This document shows positions 61,750-64,000 of a stretch of 64,000 bases of DNA, in pieces (positions within the stretch are counted from its first letter, which is position 1; each line of letters opens with the position of its first letter). The notes beneath the pieces are model-generated. The model was given only the letters and a program-made list of their open reading frames with translations. It did not search any database and had not been told where the DNA came from. Source of the DNA: Macrostomum lignano (taxonomy: Eukaryota); contig NIVC01000131.1 in NCBI GenBank assembly GCA_002269645.1, forward strand, positions 124,001-188,000, in the 5' to 3' direction. Position numbers and translations under genes: made by a program.

Positions 61750-62626
61750 AGATTCTGCTTCCGTGTCTATATGCTGCTTCCGTGTCTATATGCTGCTTCC
61801 GTGTCTATATGCTGCTTCCATGTCTAGGTTCTGCTTCCGTGTCTATATGCTGCTTCCGTGTCTAGGTGCTGCTTCCGTGTCTATATGCTGCTTCCATGTC
61901 TATATGCTGCTTCCATGTCTAGGTGCTGCTTCCGTGTCTATATGCTGCTTCCGTGTCTATATGCTGCTTCCATGTCTAGGTGCTGCTTCCGTGTCTATAT
62001 GCTGCTTCCGTGTCTATATGCTGCTTCCATGTCTAGGTTCTGCTTCCGTGTCTATATGCTGCTTCCGTGTCTATATGCTGCTTCCATGTCTATATGCTGC
62101 TTCCATGTCTAGGTGCTGCTTCCGTGTCTATATGCTGCTTCCGTGTCTATATGCTGCTTCCATGTCTATATGCTGCTTCCGTGTCTACGAGTATATGCTG
62201 CTTCCATGTCTAGGTGCTGCTTCCGTGTCTACGAGTATATGCTGCTTCCGTGTCTAGATGCTGCTTCCATGTCTATATGCTGCTTCCATGTCTATATGCT
62301 GCTTCCGTGTCTATATGCTGCTTCCATGTCTAGGTTCTGCTTCCGTGTCTATATGCTGCTTCCGTGTCTATATACTGCTTCCGTGTCTATATGCTGCTTC
62401 CATGTCTAGGTGCTGCTTCCGTGTCTACGAGTATATGCTGCTTCCGTGTCTAGATGCTGCTTCCATGTCTATATGCTGCTTCCGTGTCTAGGTTCTGCTT
62501 CCGTGTCTAGGTTCTGCTTCCGTGTCTAGGTTCTGCTTCCGTGTTTAGATGCTGCTTCCATGTCTAGATGCTGCTTCCGTGTCTAGATGCTGCTTCCGTG
62601 TTTAGATGCTGCTTCCGTGTCTAGAT
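61750..62626. repeat. 19-bp minisatellite CTATATGCTGCTTCCGTGT upstream of piwi
   Basis: ~45 copies with CTAGGT/CTAGAT variants. Confidence 0.95.
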
Positions 62627-62770
62627 GGTTTTTCCGTAACTGCTTTGTACATGTAGATACAATTGTCAGAGAATTATTGCAGTTAAACAAATAAAATAGT
62701 TTGGCTGCAAATCTTAGGAATATGGCTTCCATTTTCTATGCGGGTTTGCTTATCGAGAATGACGGTTTAA

Positions 62771-62854
62771 GCCATAGACGAATGGAGGGGTTAATTCTGA
62801 TTGGGTCTCAGTTTGGTTCGCTTTCGCGTTTTACCAAGTAAAAAAGTCTATGGC
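62771..62854. mobile_element. Tiny inverted-repeat element bounded by GCCATAGAC...GTCTATGGC
   Basis: 9-bp inverted ends; the same motif sits inside the MITE arms and is scattered at 53641-54690, 62940, 63060, 63972. Confidence 0.45.
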
Positions 62855-64000
62855 AAAAGTTCCAGAGCTGATTTCAAATTGTAGACTGTACAGGCTGGGC
62901 TGGTGCTTCTTTCTTTGTAGACTAGAAGGTGAAGGATAGTCTATGGCCAAACCTGAGCCAACACATCTCGCCAAGAGCCGTAGCTCCAGTTTGCTAGCAT
63001 TGGTTTTATTATTCTAACCATGGATAAGGAATAGAAAGGGTCGCTCATCTGAAAGCGAGTCTATGGCCAAGACCCTAAAAATTGGGATATTCCCCCCACG
63101 AATTTTATTGCTGCCGGAATTAAATAGTAGTCCCTCCTTTAAGTTCTCACCAAGTTATTTTTTCCGACTAACTTGCACAAACTAAGTAAATGAAAAACAA
63201 AATAAAAAACTTTCAAACAAACATTTCTTCCTAGCAATCTCCAACTTTGCCACACAAAAAATATCGGCTTCTTTCTTTTCCTTTTAGCCTAGAGAATCAG
63301 CAAATAAAAAAGGTCCCCTATTCGAATATATGGTTCTCTTTTTAAAATCAAAGTCAGCCTACGAGCAATCTATCTCATCCAAAGAGCAACCACCACAAAA
63401 AGCAGAGTCATTTAAACTTAGCACTGCATATTAGGGTGACTTGAAGTCTGTGGCATTGAAGTAAACCATTTGGATGAGCTTATCGAAACAGTGAGTCCTG
63501 AATCTCATGTATCAAAACTTGGTCTTTAAAAACACCCGCATTGCGATTATGAAGTTCGCAGGCAGATGGTTACTAGGGCTTCATGATGGGATCGAGTTGA
63601 AATTTGAATCGGCTTATGATTTTAGTTAAACTTTCAGGTAGCTGAGAGGCTGTTTCTGATAAAATACTTCTTAGATTTAAAGCCTTTCTATGAGAAAATA
63701 ATCCCCAAAACTTGTAATTCCCAACGAGAAGCAGATGTAAAAAGACACGACAATTCCAATTAGTTGGTAGCTGTGCTTACCCCTACTGAAGAAGACGATG
63801 CAGTTGTTCTCGCTTGCCAAGTTCTAAGTTCAACTGTTGCACTAGTTCTTCTGTTGCTGCGATCTTTAGTATAGACTATATAGTGGATTTGCTAACACCC
63901 TTCTCAGCGCGCGGGGTTTAACTTTTAAGCTCAAGATTCAACCCCTTTCCCTGTGCAGGCTTTTTGCTATAGTCTATGGCCAAATCCCTCCGCGGGGGCA

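Overview
Eukaryotic (animal) genomic DNA, repeat-rich, with spliceosomal introns and TTAGGG repeats. The GC/Ala-rich coding style resembles a free-living flatworm such as Macrostomum (inference, unverified). Left to right: (1) an EnSpm/CACTA (CMC) DNA transposon, 1-6180, minus strand, with an intact intronless DDE transposase and a spliced accessory gene of at least 7 exons that the ORF track misses, probably with a C-terminal BEN domain; (2) a ~19-kb head-to-tail Helitron concatemer (7164-25921, minus, CTAG|TC junctions) whose units carry a tRNA-like Pol III promoter, a 22-24-bp satellite and, in some units, (TTAGGG)n; (3) a degenerate LINE fragment and a Mutator/foldback element with a 9-bp TSD; (4) five host genes: CPEB2/3/4 (orb2)-like, ENL/AF9 YEATS, RTN4IP1-like oxidoreductase, a basic ependymin-like secreted protein and a Piwi with intact slicer residues. 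Their introns hold many minisatellites, several built from splice-signal-like sequence. Most ORFs in the track are repeat translations or antisense shadows.
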